A stretch of DNA of 59,653 nucleotides, filler included. It is 6 parts of 6 records of this genome, joined end to end, with 100 filler letters (N's around TTAATTAATTAA, not from the genome) between each part and the next. Parts side by side here need not be neighbours in the genome. Positions count along the whole stretch, not along the records: positions 1 to 9,793 come from SRR31156797_6972; 5 more parts are not named here. The stretch is one strand, 5' to 3'. Within the stretch, counting starts at the first letter, position 1. Each line of letters opens with the position of its first letter. The notes below the pieces were generated by a model. It worked only from the letters and a program-made list of their open reading frames with translations, was not told where the DNA came from and searched no databases. The translations under genes were made by a program, and so were the position numbers. Shown here one piece after another: positions 1 to 9,893 of the stretch.

Positions 1-643
1 CTAAATAACCATATTGAGCTATACCAACTCTTGCAAAATCAAAGGTATAATTCTTAAATCTAAATAAACCTGAAGAATTAGCACAATGGAACTTAGGAAT
101 AGTTAAAAAAAGTTTTTCACATAAGTTGATTACCATGTGTTTAGCTTGTATAAAAACTGATCTTTGCCAAAAGAATTCACATGATAATTCATCTGCGCTT
201 CTAAAGTGTGTGAAAACTCCAGTTAAATTAAGTTTTTTCTCACAAATCCCATAAATAGCCTCTTCTATCTGTTTTAGAGTTATTCCATTTCTATGCATAC
301 CTGTGTCAATTTTAAGATGAACATTCGTGTTTTCGGGTAGTTTTTCAATATCTTCCAAACAATTCACAGCGATGTGAAAAGTATGTGAACAAGTGTGAAT
401 ATCACAATCAGCCAGAATTAAGATTTGCTCAAAAAATGTCTCAATTTTTTCTGCTTCTTCTAGTGATTTTACTACTGCTTTTGTTACTCCATACTCTTTT
501 GCAAGTGATGCGATTTCTAAAAGTCCGTGACCATAGGCATTATCTTTTAATACCACTGCAATTTTATCTTTTGAGCCAAGATGTTGTTCTATTTTTTGAA
601 GATTGTGAAAATAATGTGACTTGTTTAAAACGATTTTTGCCAA
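1..643 (-). CDS. alr: Alanine racemase, 5' portion, running off the window edge
   Basis: Not in the ORF track. Manual translation from TTG at 643 gives [15 protein letters not shown]...[13 protein letters not shown] (PLP-lysine motif) and later [12 protein letters not shown] and FTHFRSAD. It lies directly downstream of uvrC. Confidence 0.93.
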   Translation of the reverse strand, partial: MAKIVLNKSHYFHNLQKIEQHLGSKDKIAVVLKDNAYGHGLLEIASLAKEYGVTKAVVKSLEEAEKIETFFEQILILADCDIHTCSHTFHIAVNCLEDIEKLPENTNVHLKIDTGMHRNGITLKQIEEAIYGICEKKLNLTGVFTHFRSADELSCEFFWQRSVFIQAKHMVINLCEKLFLTIPKFHCANSSGLFRFKNYTFDFARVGIAQYGYL

Positions 644-647
644 GAGT

Positions 648-2480
648 TTAACCTTCGAGAGATTTAAAATAATTGATTATAAGCATAGCATCTTTTTCGT
701 TTAGAACATCTTTTAATTCTTCAAGCTTTGCATTTTTGATATTATCAAATGTCCCAAAATATAAAAGAAGTTTTTTAACCTTAGCTTCACCAATTCCTTT
801 GATTTGAAGAAGAGATATTTGAGTGTCTTCTTTTCTTTTTTGTTTCTTATGAAATGTTATCGCAAATCTATGTGCTTCATCTCTTAGTCTTTGTATAAAT
901 TGTAGTCGTTTGTCACTAGTAACTAAATCTAGCCTTTCAATGGCACCATTTTTTTCAAAATATATAATATCTTTTGCACTACCTTTTGCTCTGTGAGCTT
1001 TAAAATCTAGTTTTTCTTTTGCAATAGCAATAATCTCTAAGTTTACTCCAACAGAGTTTCTAATATCAATTGCAAGTTTTAACAAAGTCTCTCCACCATC
1101 TATAACCCACATATCAGGTGCAGGATTTTTTTCAAAGCTATCAACTCTTCTCATTAGAGTTTCTCTCATTTGAGCATATTCATCTTTGGCTTCTAGGTTA
1201 TAGTGTCTAAAATCACTTTTTACAAACTTCTCTTCCCATGTAACCATAGCTCCAACTGTTGCTTGTCCCATCATATGTGAGTTGTCATAACATTCAAATC
1301 TAGTTGGTTCTTTTGCTAATCCAAATAATAACTGTAATTCTTTGTATATAGAAGTTGTATTATTTACATTTGACAACCTTAGTAGTTCATTACAGTTATT
1401 TAGTGCTACATTTATTATCTCAGTTTTTTTACCACGCTTAGGATAGTTTAGAGGAATTTTTTTGTTAAATTTACTTTTTACAAACTCTTCTATTTCTTCT
1501 TTTTCTTCAAGTTCATCTGCAATTAGTATTTCATCTGGAAGTAGGGGGATTTCATTGTCATAATAGTTTATTATAGCTCTTTCATAAGCTTCTTGTAAAT
1601 CTATAGTTATATCTTCTCTATTTGGTTTTATATAATCGTGGTTACTAGAAGCTAGTTTCCCATCTCTAAAGAACATTCTAACTAATACAGCTTTTTGTCC
1701 ATCATCTTTTATTGCAAATAGGTCAATGTTTTCATTTGTAGCTAAATCCATTCCTGTTTGGATTTGAGATTTTTCGATTGTTTTTATTCTATCTCTTAGT
1801 TTCATTGCCTCTTCAAACTTCAAGTTCATACTTAACTCTTCCATTTTTGAAGACAGTTTAGAAATAAGCTTATTTTTGTTGTAAATATAGTTTAATGCAT
1901 CATCAACAAGTTTTGAGTATTCTTCTTTTGTAATCTTCCCTTCACAAGGAGCAAGGCATTTTTTTATTTGATAGAAAAGACAGGCTTCTTTACCTTTTAT
2001 GCATGATTTTTTTTGAACTAAAGGAATAATCTCATAAATAGAGTCTAACATATCTCTAGCTCCTGTAGAGTAGGGACCAAAGTATTTGATGTTTTTTTCT
2101 TTTAAAACTCTTCTTGTTATTTCAAGTCTTGGAAAATCTTCGTTCATATTTATATAAATATATGGATAAGTTTTGTCATCTCTTAATAAAATATTGTATT
2201 TTGGTTTTAATTGTTTGATTAGTGAATTTTCTAAAATAAGTGCATCGTGCTCATTTGGCACTACAATCCACTCTAAAGATTTAACTTCAGTAATCATTTT
2301 ATATATACGAGGACTTAATTTATCAGCTGGAAGAAGTTTTGGTGTAAATTTAAAATAGGATTTTACCCTGTTTTTAAGTACTTTTGCTTTACCAATATAT
2401 AAAAGTTTTCCTTTTTCATCAAAGTATTGGTAAACCCCAGCATCATTGGGTAGTTGTTTTAGTTTATCTTCTAAATTCAT
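648..2480 (-). CDS. uvrC: Excinuclease ABC subunit C
   Basis: GIY-YIG N-terminus (GVYQYFD...[17 protein letters not shown]), UVR domain, RNase H-like domain (ECYDNSH, DGG), RDEAHRFA motif and C-terminal HhH (IKGIG). Confidence 0.98.
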   Translation of the reverse strand: MNLEDKLKQLPNDAGVYQYFDEKGKLLYIGKAKVLKNRVKSYFKFTPKLLPADKLSPRIYKMITEVKSLEWIVVPNEHDALILENSLIKQLKPKYNILLRDDKTYPYIYINMNEDFPRLEITRRVLKEKNIKYFGPYSTGARDMLDSIYEIIPLVQKKSCIKGKEACLFYQIKKCLAPCEGKITKEEYSKLVDDALNYIYNKNKLISKLSSKMEELSMNLKFEEAMKLRDRIKTIEKSQIQTGMDLATNENIDLFAIKDDGQKAVLVRMFFRDGKLASSNHDYIKPNREDITIDLQEAYERAIINYYDNEIPLLPDEILIADELEEKEEIEEFVKSKFNKKIPLNYPKRGKKTEIINVALNNCNELLRLSNVNNTTSIYKELQLLFGLAKEPTRFECYDNSHMMGQATVGAMVTWEEKFVKSDFRHYNLEAKDEYAQMRETLMRRVDSFEKNPAPDMWVIDGGETLLKLAIDIRNSVGVNLEIIAIAKEKLDFKAHRAKGSAKDIIYFEKNGAIERLDLVTSDKRLQFIQRLRDEAHRFAITFHKKQKRKEDTQISLLQIKGIGEAKVKKLLLYFGTFDNIKNAKLEELKDVLNEKDAMLIINYFKSLEG

Positions 2481-2554
2481 TTGTGAATAATATCAAATAA
2501 ACTCTTGAATATCAATTTGTTATAATAGGAAAAAAACAATATAAATGAGAGTAA

Positions 2555-3241
2555 ATGCCTGGTCGACTAGCTATTTTTGATGATACAAGTTTTAGAAAAG
2601 ACTGTAACAATCTAATTAAAAATCCAATGATTAAAACAATTGAAAAAAACTATAATATTGCTCCAACTTTGCCAATTGCTACACTACTTAATAACGGAAA
2701 CTATCTTTATGCTCATTTTGGTTATTTGCCCTCGTGGGCAAAAGATAGAACTTCTATGAATATAAATGCAAGAAGTGAATCAATCTATGAGAAGCAAACT
2801 TTTAGGGACTCTTTTAAAACTAGAAGATGTATTATTCCTTTAAATGGTTTTTATGAGTGGAAAGTTGAAGATAAAGATAAAACACCTTATTTTGTAAAAG
2901 ATGTATCAAATGATTATCTTGCTGTTGCTGGTATTTGGGACGAATGGTTTGATGAAAATCTAAATATGAAGATTGTAACAGTTGCATTAATCACTTGTGA
3001 TGCTAGTGAAAAACTTGCAAAAATACATCATCGAATGCCTATTGTATTAGAGAAAAAAGATTTTGATTTATGGCTAAACTCAAATAGTTTAAAAGATGTT
3101 GTTTCTTTATTCAAACCTTATGAAAGTGAAAAGCTAAATATTTATGAAGTTACAAATGAAGTGAATAAAGTTTTATATAACAACCCCTCTTGTATAGAAG
3201 AGGTTAAGAGTATACAAAATGGGCAGTTGTCTTTGTTTTAG
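2555..3241 (+). CDS. SOS response-associated peptidase (SRAP/YedK/HMCES family) with an N-terminal Pro in place of Cys
   Basis: Family motifs YNIAPT, INARSE, RRCIIP..GFYEW and IHHRMP. N-terminus is MPGR (ATG CCT GGT CGA). C-terminus is GQLSLF. Confidence 0.92.
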   Translation: MPGRLAIFDDTSFRKDCNNLIKNPMIKTIEKNYNIAPTLPIATLLNNGNYLYAHFGYLPSWAKDRTSMNINARSESIYEKQTFRDSFKTRRCIIPLNGFYEWKVEDKDKTPYFVKDVSNDYLAVAGIWDEWFDENLNMKIVTVALITCDASEKLAKIHHRMPIVLEKKDFDLWLNSNSLKDVVSLFKPYESEKLNIYEVTNEVNKVLYNNPSCIEEVKSIQNGQLSLF

Positions 3242-4185
3242 CTTTCTAGAGGTGTATTTTTTATAAGAAATTGAACTCCATCTTTTATATTTTTTGCACT
3301 AAGTTTTGTATTATTTTTTTGTGCAATTTGATAACTCATATAAAGACCAATTCCTGAGCCTTCATCTTTTTTAGTACTGATATGAGCCTTGAAAATATCA
3401 TTTATGATATTTTCTTCTATTCCACCTGCATTATCATTTATTTCAATTATATTTTCATTTTTATTTTTATAGGTTTTAATTACTATTTTTTTATCTTTGA
3501 TATTATTTGATAGAAATGCATCTTTTGAGTTATTTATAATATTTAAAAGAATATGTTTAAACTCATTTTCAATTGCTATAATTTCAAAGTCATCTATTAC
3601 TTCAAGTTCAATTGTTATAAGATGTTTAATAAACTCATCTTTTACTAAAAGTAAAACTTTTTCAATCATTTGTTTTATTTTGAAACTTTCAATATCTTTT
3701 GTTTGTTTAAAAAAAGTTCTAAATTCATTTAGAGTGTTATTCATATGTTCAATTATTGTGTAACTTTTTTGCTGTAAATCTAAGATATATTTTTTGTCAA
3801 CTTCACCATTCTCAAAGTCAAAGTCCATCATACTAAGTCTCATTTTTAAAAGACTTAAAGGTTGAGCCCATTGGTGTGCAATTGCATCAATCATTTCTCC
3901 CATTGCTGCAAATTTAGATTGTTCTAAAAGAAGTCTTTCATTCTCTTCTCTTTTTTTTATCTCTTCTTCAACCTTTAGTTCTAGGTTATTTTTGTATTCG
4001 TCTAGCTCTTCATTTGCTTCAAGAAGTCTAAGTTGCATCTTGTCACTTTGTTTGATTATCTTGTCTAGTCTTTCACTTTTTCTTTTATAATCATCTAATA
4101 AATCAAATAATCCATCTTTGAAATGGTCATAGTCTTTTTTTAAAAATTTACCTACATATTGAGAGTTTAATTTTGAGTTTTTCAT
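3238..4185 (-). CDS. Cytoplasmic histidine kinase with an N-terminal SiaD-like coiled coil
   Basis: H-box (MGEMIDAIAHQWAQPL), N-box (NIINNSKDA), DNAGGI and GSGIGLY. No transmembrane segment. Its start overlaps the stop of the upstream phosphatase gene. Confidence 0.9.
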   Translation of the reverse strand: MKNSKLNSQYVGKFLKKDYDHFKDGLFDLLDDYKRKSERLDKIIKQSDKMQLRLLEANEELDEYKNNLELKVEEEIKKREENERLLLEQSKFAAMGEMIDAIAHQWAQPLSLLKMRLSMMDFDFENGEVDKKYILDLQQKSYTIIEHMNNTLNEFRTFFKQTKDIESFKIKQMIEKVLLLVKDEFIKHLITIELEVIDDFEIIAIENEFKHILLNIINNSKDAFLSNNIKDKKIVIKTYKNKNENIIEINDNAGGIEENIINDIFKAHISTKKDEGSGIGLYMSYQIAQKNNTKLSAKNIKDGVQFLIKNTPLES

Positions 4186-7100
4186 ATTTTAAATCCTACG
4201 ATAGTCATATCATCATTTCTATCATTTTCACCTTGATAATCCATCATTTCATAAAGCAATATCTCTTGCTGGTCTGGAAATGGAAGATTATAGTTTTCTT
4301 CAATTAGTTTTACAAATCTTTTTTTACCAAAAGGAAAACCTTTTTTACCACCATTTTGGTCTAGATATCCATCAGTTGTAAGATAAAATTGCATATTCTC
4401 TTCAACTTCAATTATGTGCTCTTTAAAGACATAGTCTTTATTTGACTTTTTGTAACCTATTGAATGTCTATCGCCTTTTATTATTTTTACTTTGCCATCT
4501 TTTTCATAAAATAAAGCAGTTTCAGAACCTGAAAATTTAATTATATTATCTTTTTTATTATAATAAAGTACTCCACCATCAAAACCTGCATTTGAAATAG
4601 ATGTTTCATCTTCTTGTTTTAGTAAGTGTTTCATACTTTTATTAAAAATTGACAAAATTTTAGAAGGGCTTACAATCTCTTTTGTATTTTTTATATTAGA
4701 AACTATTTGTCTTTCTATAGCTTTTACAAGCATAGTTACAAAAGCTCCTGGAACACCATGTCCTGTACAATCAATTACCATTAAAATACATTCATTTTCA
4801 TCTCTTAGTTCTTCAAATAAATATATATCTCCACCAACAATATCTTTGGGATGCCAGATTGTAAGATAATCTTTAAAATATTTTCTAAACAGATTATTCT
4901 CTGGAATAAGTGCATGTTGGATTAAAGAAGCATATTCAATACTATCTTGTGTTTGTTTATGAATAATCTCTATCTCTTTTTTTGCTTGTTCTAAATCTAT
5001 AGTTCTCTCTTCAACTTTTTTCTCAAGGTTTTTACTTAAATCTTCTACAATCTTTTTGTTTGTTATATCTTGACTTATTGATTTAAAACCAATAAGATTT
5101 GAATTTTTATCATAGTCAGGTTCAATTTTTGAATATAACCAATAAGATATTCCATCTTTGCTTTTGTTTTTTAGTTCACCTTCCCAGCTTTTTTCTTCAC
5201 TTAAGTTTTTCCATAACTCTTTAAAAACTTCACTAGACGTATCCGGGTGCCTAATCATTTTTACTGGTTTTCCTATTAACTCATCTTTTTTATAGCCAGA
5301 TATTTTACAAAAAGCACTACTTACTTGTGTGAAGTTTCCATATTGGTCTGTTTGGTTAAATATTACATTTCTATCTAAAGATTTTAGGGTATTTTCTAGT
5401 TTCTCTTTTTGTTCATTTATATCTTCTGTTTTTTTATCAACAAGTGTTCTTAATTTTTTATTCCAGTAAATAATAAGAGCTGTAATAAAAAGAATAATGA
5501 ATATTATAGGTAAAACATAAGATAGAATTTTTTTAAGTGAAAAACCTTTGTTTTCTTCTATTTTAACTTTTACCCAACCATTATATATTTTCTCTCTATC
5601 TTTTTCACTAATAGTGTCAAAAACCTTATTTATAATTGAAAGAAGCTCTGGCATTTTAGGACTTATTAAAAAGTGGTGAATAAACTCTTTTTCTGTATTT
5701 CCTGCTAATTTGAGGTTTGCTTTTCCTATTCTAGAAATATTATATAAAGCAGGAGCTAAATGTCCAACAAAGATATCTGCATCTCCATTTGAAACTTTTA
5801 AAAGAGCATCGAAAATATTATTTGTCTCTAAAATTTTGCTATTTGGATATAAATCTTTTACATAGTTATAACTAGTGTAGTGTTTTGGTATTGCAAAAAT
5901 ATTGTCTTTTACTGATTCAAGAGACCTTACATATTCTATATTATTGTTAGTAACCATAACCATTGGATATGAAGCATACTTTTTAGAAACTAAACCTAAG
6001 GCTTTTTCCTCTTTTGAATTACCAATTCCAGGGACTAAGTCAATCTCACCTTTTCTAAACTTTTCTAATACTTCAGCCCAACTATTTGCCGGGACATATT
6101 TAAATTCTATACCTGTGGCATCTGAAACTAAGTTTAAATAATCTCCCATAATACCTGATATTGAATTGTTTTCTATTATTGAAAGGGGTTTCCAGTTTAT
6201 TTCACTGTATTTAATAACAATTTTTTTGTTTAGCCAAGCATATTCTTTATTACTAAAATTTATTTTTCTTTTTTCATTAAACCATTTATATTTTAGTTTA
6301 TCAACCTCTTGTATTGAAAGATTATTCATAGCTTTTTTTAAGATAGAAGCTAAAATAGGTGCATCTTTCTTAACTGCAATATAAAGGTTTTCCATCTCAG
6401 GGTCATCTGCTTTCACATCAGATGTGTATTTCAAACTCTTGATAACATTTTCTGCCATTATATGGTTTAAGATTGCAGTTTTCCCTAGTGTTGCATCAAC
6501 TTCTCCGTAAACAACTGCTTTTATACTATCGAGAGTTGTATTGTAAGTGATTATTTCTATTTTTGGATATTTCTCTTTTAAATACTTATCATAAATAAAA
6601 CCTTTTATAACAGAAACTTTTTTCCCAAATAGCGAGTTGATATTTGTAATATCATTTCTATCTTTTTTTGTTAAAATAGAAGTTATATTTCTAGCATAAA
6701 TTCCTACATAATTTAATTTTTCATCTCTTTCTTTTGTCTTTGCAATGTTCATCATTACATCAATTTCACCATTGTAGGCTTTTTTCAAAGATTCATTCCA
6801 AGAGTTTGTGACAAACTCAACATTTAATCCTACAAGTGAAGCTAAGTCTTTTATATAATCTATTGAAAATCCTAAAGGTGTATCATTTTTATTGAAGTTA
6901 AAAGGTGCCCAATCATACTCGTTGTGAACTTTTATTGTAGGGTTGTTTTGTATCCATTTTTTTTCTTCTTCAGTAAAATCTATTTTTTTTATATTTTTTC
7001 TAGAGCAAACTTCCATACTTCCAATAAACTCACCTCTAAATAATATCTCTGTAGTTTGGAGTATGCAATCAATTCTTAGTTGTTTTTCATTGAAAGATTC

Positions 7101-7352
7101 ATTTACAATTTCATTGTTTCTATTTTTGTAAAGAAATAAAAATCTTTCTTTTGTAAGAGCATCATATATAGTAATATATTTAATCTCTTCATTTTTATTC
7201 ATATAATCTTTTAATATTGATTGAATTTCTTTTTCATTTAGCTCATAAAAAGAGTTAGCAATAATACTTGAAATCTGTTTATCCGAATCTTTTGAAGTGG
7301 CAAATACATTTGTTAAGACAAAAAAAACTAAAAAGAGTATTTTATAAAACAT
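4182..7352 (-). CDS. SiaA-like sensor phosphatase: signal peptide, two periplasmic SBP family 3 domains, TM helix, PAS, PP2C/SpoIIE domain
   Basis: Two SBP repeats (DWAPFNF...GFSIDY; NWKPLS...GIMGDY), TM LSYVLPIIFIILFITALIIYW, PAS (SGYKKDELIGKP..IRHPD), and PP2C motifs DIVGGDIY, DCTGHGVPGAF, TDGYLDQ and DDMT. Confidence 0.9.
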   Translation of the reverse strand: MFYKILFLVFFVLTNVFATSKDSDKQISSIIANSFYELNEKEIQSILKDYMNKNEEIKYITIYDALTKERFLFLYKNRNNEIVNESFNEKQLRIDCILQTTEILFRGEFIGSMEVCSRKNIKKIDFTEEEKKWIQNNPTIKVHNEYDWAPFNFNKNDTPLGFSIDYIKDLASLVGLNVEFVTNSWNESLKKAYNGEIDVMMNIAKTKERDEKLNYVGIYARNITSILTKKDRNDITNINSLFGKKVSVIKGFIYDKYLKEKYPKIEIITYNTTLDSIKAVVYGEVDATLGKTAILNHIMAENVIKSLKYTSDVKADDPEMENLYIAVKKDAPILASILKKAMNNLSIQEVDKLKYKWFNEKRKINFSNKEYAWLNKKIVIKYSEINWKPLSIIENNSISGIMGDYLNLVSDATGIEFKYVPANSWAEVLEKFRKGEIDLVPGIGNSKEEKALGLVSKKYASYPMVMVTNNNIEYVRSLESVKDNIFAIPKHYTSYNYVKDLYPNSKILETNNIFDALLKVSNGDADIFVGHLAPALYNISRIGKANLKLAGNTEKEFIHHFLISPKMPELLSIINKVFDTISEKDREKIYNGWVKVKIEENKGFSLKKILSYVLPIIFIILFITALIIYWNKKLRTLVDKKTEDINEQKEKLENTLKSLDRNVIFNQTDQYGNFTQVSSAFCKISGYKKDELIGKPVKMIRHPDTSSEVFKELWKNLSEEKSWEGELKNKSKDGISYWLYSKIEPDYDKNSNLIGFKSISQDITNKKIVEDLSKNLEKKVEERTIDLEQAKKEIEIIHKQTQDSIEYASLIQHALIPENNLFRKYFKDYLTIWHPKDIVGGDIYLFEELRDENECILMVIDCTGHGVPGAFVTMLVKAIERQIVSNIKNTKEIVSPSKILSIFNKSMKHLLKQEDETSISNAGFDGGVLYYNKKDNIIKFSGSETALFYEKDGKVKIIKGDRHSIGYKKSNKDYVFKEHIIEVEENMQFYLTTDGYLDQNGGKKGFPFGKKRFVKLIEENYNLPFPDQQEILLYEMMDYQGENDRNDDMTIVGFKI

Positions 7353-8061
7353 GATTAATCTTTATTTTTTCATTTATTTTTTTTATTATTTTGTTAGAAA
7401 CTTTTTTAGAACATATAAGATATCTTTTGTTTCCTTTTGGAATATTTTTTATAGGATAGAATTGTAAGTTGGAAATGTTTTTATTGTCTAGTAATACTTC
7501 TGCTTCTTCTTTTGTCATAAACATATAATCAGCTCTTTTTTTAGATATGAGTTCAAGCATTTTTTGATTATCGTTGTACACTACTTTTTTATTTACATTA
7601 TAAGAGTCTATTCTTTCATCCAGAAATTTCCCATAAGAGTATGAGGCTTTTGTAAGAAGACTATTTTTTTTATTGATTAGCAAATTATCAATGTTCATAT
7701 TAGGAAAAATACCTGCGGTATCTTTTCTTGCAATAATTCCCATTGGATTATCTTGATATACAAAATAGGTATATTTTGCATATTTTTCTCTTTCTTTGTT
7801 TTTAAACCAGCCCATTGCGCACATAGGAATTGTATTTGCTTTTATCTCATAAAGGTGTCGTTTAGATGGTCTTTCTTTTAGTTCATAGTCTATTTTAGCT
7901 TTTTTTAGTGCTTTTATTATAGGTGTTGCAACTAAACCTTCAACTGAGTTTTTTACTTTTTTTACATAAGGTATTCTCTCTTCATAAACAACAATTAAAC
8001 TATCGTTAGCATAAAGTAATGAAAAAAAGAAAATATAAATTATTATAAAAAATTTACACAC
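7342..8061 (-). CDS. Periplasmic substrate-binding protein (family 3-like)
   Basis: Signal peptide, ERIPY motif, and a typical SBP3 pattern (KRADY). Overlaps the start of the phosphatase gene. Confidence 0.75.
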   Translation of the reverse strand: MCKFFIIIYIFFFSLLYANDSLIVVYEERIPYVKKVKNSVEGLVATPIIKALKKAKIDYELKERPSKRHLYEIKANTIPMCAMGWFKNKEREKYAKYTYFVYQDNPMGIIARKDTAGIFPNMNIDNLLINKKNSLLTKASYSYGKFLDERIDSYNVNKKVVYNDNQKMLELISKKRADYMFMTKEEAEVLLDNKNISNLQFYPIKNIPKGNKRYLICSKKVSNKIIKKINEKIKINHVL

Positions 8062-8200
8062 TCTATAACCTTTTCGTATATTTATTATGATAACATATTA
8101 TATCAGAAAATAATTACTTAATTTCATTATTTATTATACAAAATAATAAATAGTTTGAATAATGTATAGTTATTTCTAACTAAAATGTTTAGGTTATATT

Positions 8201-8551
8201 ATGAAATTTTTAGTTGTAGATGATTCAAAGGTAGCTAGACAAAGAGTTGTCTCTTATTTAAATGATTTGAATTATGAGGTTGTAGGTGAAGCCGTAGATG
8301 GTATTGATGCAATTGAAAAGTTTAAGATGTTAACTCCTTGTGTAATTGCACTTGATTTGGAAATGCCTAATATGAAAGGTATCGAAGCTTCAAAAAAAAT
8401 TTTAGAAATTGATCCTACAACTAAAATAATTTTAATTACTTCAATTATAGATAAAAAAGAGATTATTAATGCCTTACGAATTGGTGTTAAAAAAGTTATT
8501 AGAAAACCTTTTACAAAAGAAAAGTTACAAGAGATAATAAATGAACTATAA
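8201..8551 (+). CDS. Single-domain response regulator (CheY-like receiver)
   Basis: VVDD, LDLEMP (phospho-Asp), ITS and KPF motifs; 116 aa. Confidence 0.93.
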   Translation: MKFLVVDDSKVARQRVVSYLNDLNYEVVGEAVDGIDAIEKFKMLTPCVIALDLEMPNMKGIEASKKILEIDPTTKIILITSIIDKKEIINALRIGVKKVIRKPFTKEKLQEIINEL

Positions 8552-8560
8552 AGGCAGAGT

Positions 8561-9118
8561 ATGAATATACAAGTTATTCAAGATATTGTTGAAGAAGATG
8601 GCATAGTTTTTTTAACTTATGGTGGGTTCTTATCTCAATCTTTAATTTCATCTATGATGGAAGCTTTAGAGAAAGAAGCTGAAGAAAGGGATTTGAGTCT
8701 TGGAGAATCAAGTAATATTTTTACTATATTTATAGAATTAACACAAAATATGATGAATTACTCAAAAAGTAAAAATTTAGGCTCTGATAAGATAAACCCA
8801 CAAGGCTTAATAGTTGTTACAAAAGATAAAGATGCTAACTATTTTATTCATAGCCAAAATGTTATTGGAATAGAAGACAGACAAAAAATAGAACCTAAAC
8901 TACAAACAATAGCAAAGCTCTCAAGAGATGAAGTAAAAAAACTTTATAGAGAATCAAGAAAAACGGGTCAAGATAAACATGGTAAAGGTGGAGGAATTGG
9001 GTTTTATGAAATTGCTAAAAGAAGTGATGAAATAAAATATACTTTTAAGGAAATAAACAAAGATAGGTTTTATTTTCACTTTATATCAAAAATAATAACT
9101 AAAAAGGAGAAAAAATAG
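8561..9118 (+). CDS. siaB: SiaB family protein kinase
   Basis: YGGFLSQ, FIELTQNMMNYS (N-box-like) and GGGIGFYEIAKRS (G-box-like). Directly upstream of a siaC homolog. Confidence 0.85.
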   Translation: MNIQVIQDIVEEDGIVFLTYGGFLSQSLISSMMEALEKEAEERDLSLGESSNIFTIFIELTQNMMNYSKSKNLGSDKINPQGLIVVTKDKDANYFIHSQNVIGIEDRQKIEPKLQTIAKLSRDEVKKLYRESRKTGQDKHGKGGGIGFYEIAKRSDEIKYTFKEINKDRFYFHFISKIITKKEKK

Positions 9119-9499
9119 ATGAATAATCTGGTGATTGAAGAGACTAAATATACACCATACATAAGATTTAGTCAAGAAGAGGGAGTTTTAGAAATAATTG
9201 GAAAATCTTATCCTGAAAACACTTTTGAATTTTATAAACCAATGATGGAATGGATTGAAGAGTATTTTGATGGAAATGAAAAAGAAAAAACTATAGTTAA
9301 TATGGAAATTATATATTTTAACTCAAGTAGTTCAAAACTATTTTTTGATTTTTTTGATTTATTAGAAGAAGCTCACAATAATAAAAAAATTGTTCAAATA
9401 AACTGGATATATGATGATGAAAATGAAAGTGCTTTAGAAGCAGGTGAAGATTTTAAAGAAGATTTTGAAGAACTTGAGTTTAATTTAAAAGCTAAATAA
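9119..9499 (+). CDS. siaC: SiaC family regulatory phosphoprotein (DUF1987)
   Basis: TKYTP, GKSYPENTFEFY, YFNSSSSK and WIYD..NE...EAGEDF motifs; 126 aa. Confidence 0.9.
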   Translation: MNNLVIEETKYTPYIRFSQEEGVLEIIGKSYPENTFEFYKPMMEWIEEYFDGNEKEKTIVNMEIIYFNSSSSKLFFDFFDLLEEAHNNKKIVQINWIYDDENESALEAGEDFKEDFEELEFNLKAK

Positions 9500-9517
9500 C
9501 TTCTCAAAGGACTTAAA

Positions 9518-9793
9518 ATGCAAGAGAATGAAAACAAACTTATCTCAGAACTTGAAACCCTTCAAGAGAAGTTTAAAAAAACTACAGATAAGTTGATAAA
9601 AGATATTACTCGTCATGATAAAATTATGGCACAAAGTGATAAGAGACAACAAAAAGAGTACGATGAACTTCAAATAAAACTTAAAGAGGTTGAGGCTTTA
9701 AGTAAAGAGATTGAAGAAACTCAAAGAGAAGTTGTTTTTACTATGGGAGCTATTGGGGAAAGTAGAAGTAAAGAGACAGGAAACCATGTAAAA
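9518..9793 (+). CDS. Coiled-coil plus HD-GYP phosphodiesterase, N-terminal fragment cut by the contig end
   Basis: EIEETQREVVFTMGAIGESRSKETGNHVK is the typical start of RpfG-type HD-GYP domains. Confidence 0.75.
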
Positions 9794-9893
9794 NNNNNNN
9801 NNNNNNNNNNNNNNNNNNNNNNNNNNNNNNNNNNNNNTTAATTAATTAANNNNNNNNNNNNNNNNNNNNNNNNNNNNNNNNNNNNNNNNNNNN
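9794..9893. other. Artificial contig-joining spacer (N44-TTAATTAATTAA-N44)
   Basis: Identical 100-bp spacer with stops in all frames, found five times in the window. Composition changes across it. Confidence 0.99.

Noticed and set aside
385-651. 88-aa + strand ORF with a Leu-rich stretch
   Set aside because: It is the antisense shadow of alr, which has clear motifs on the minus strand.
9838-9849. TTAATTAATTAA recurring five times, resembling a repeat family
   Set aside because: It is a synthetic all-frame stop linker inside N padding.
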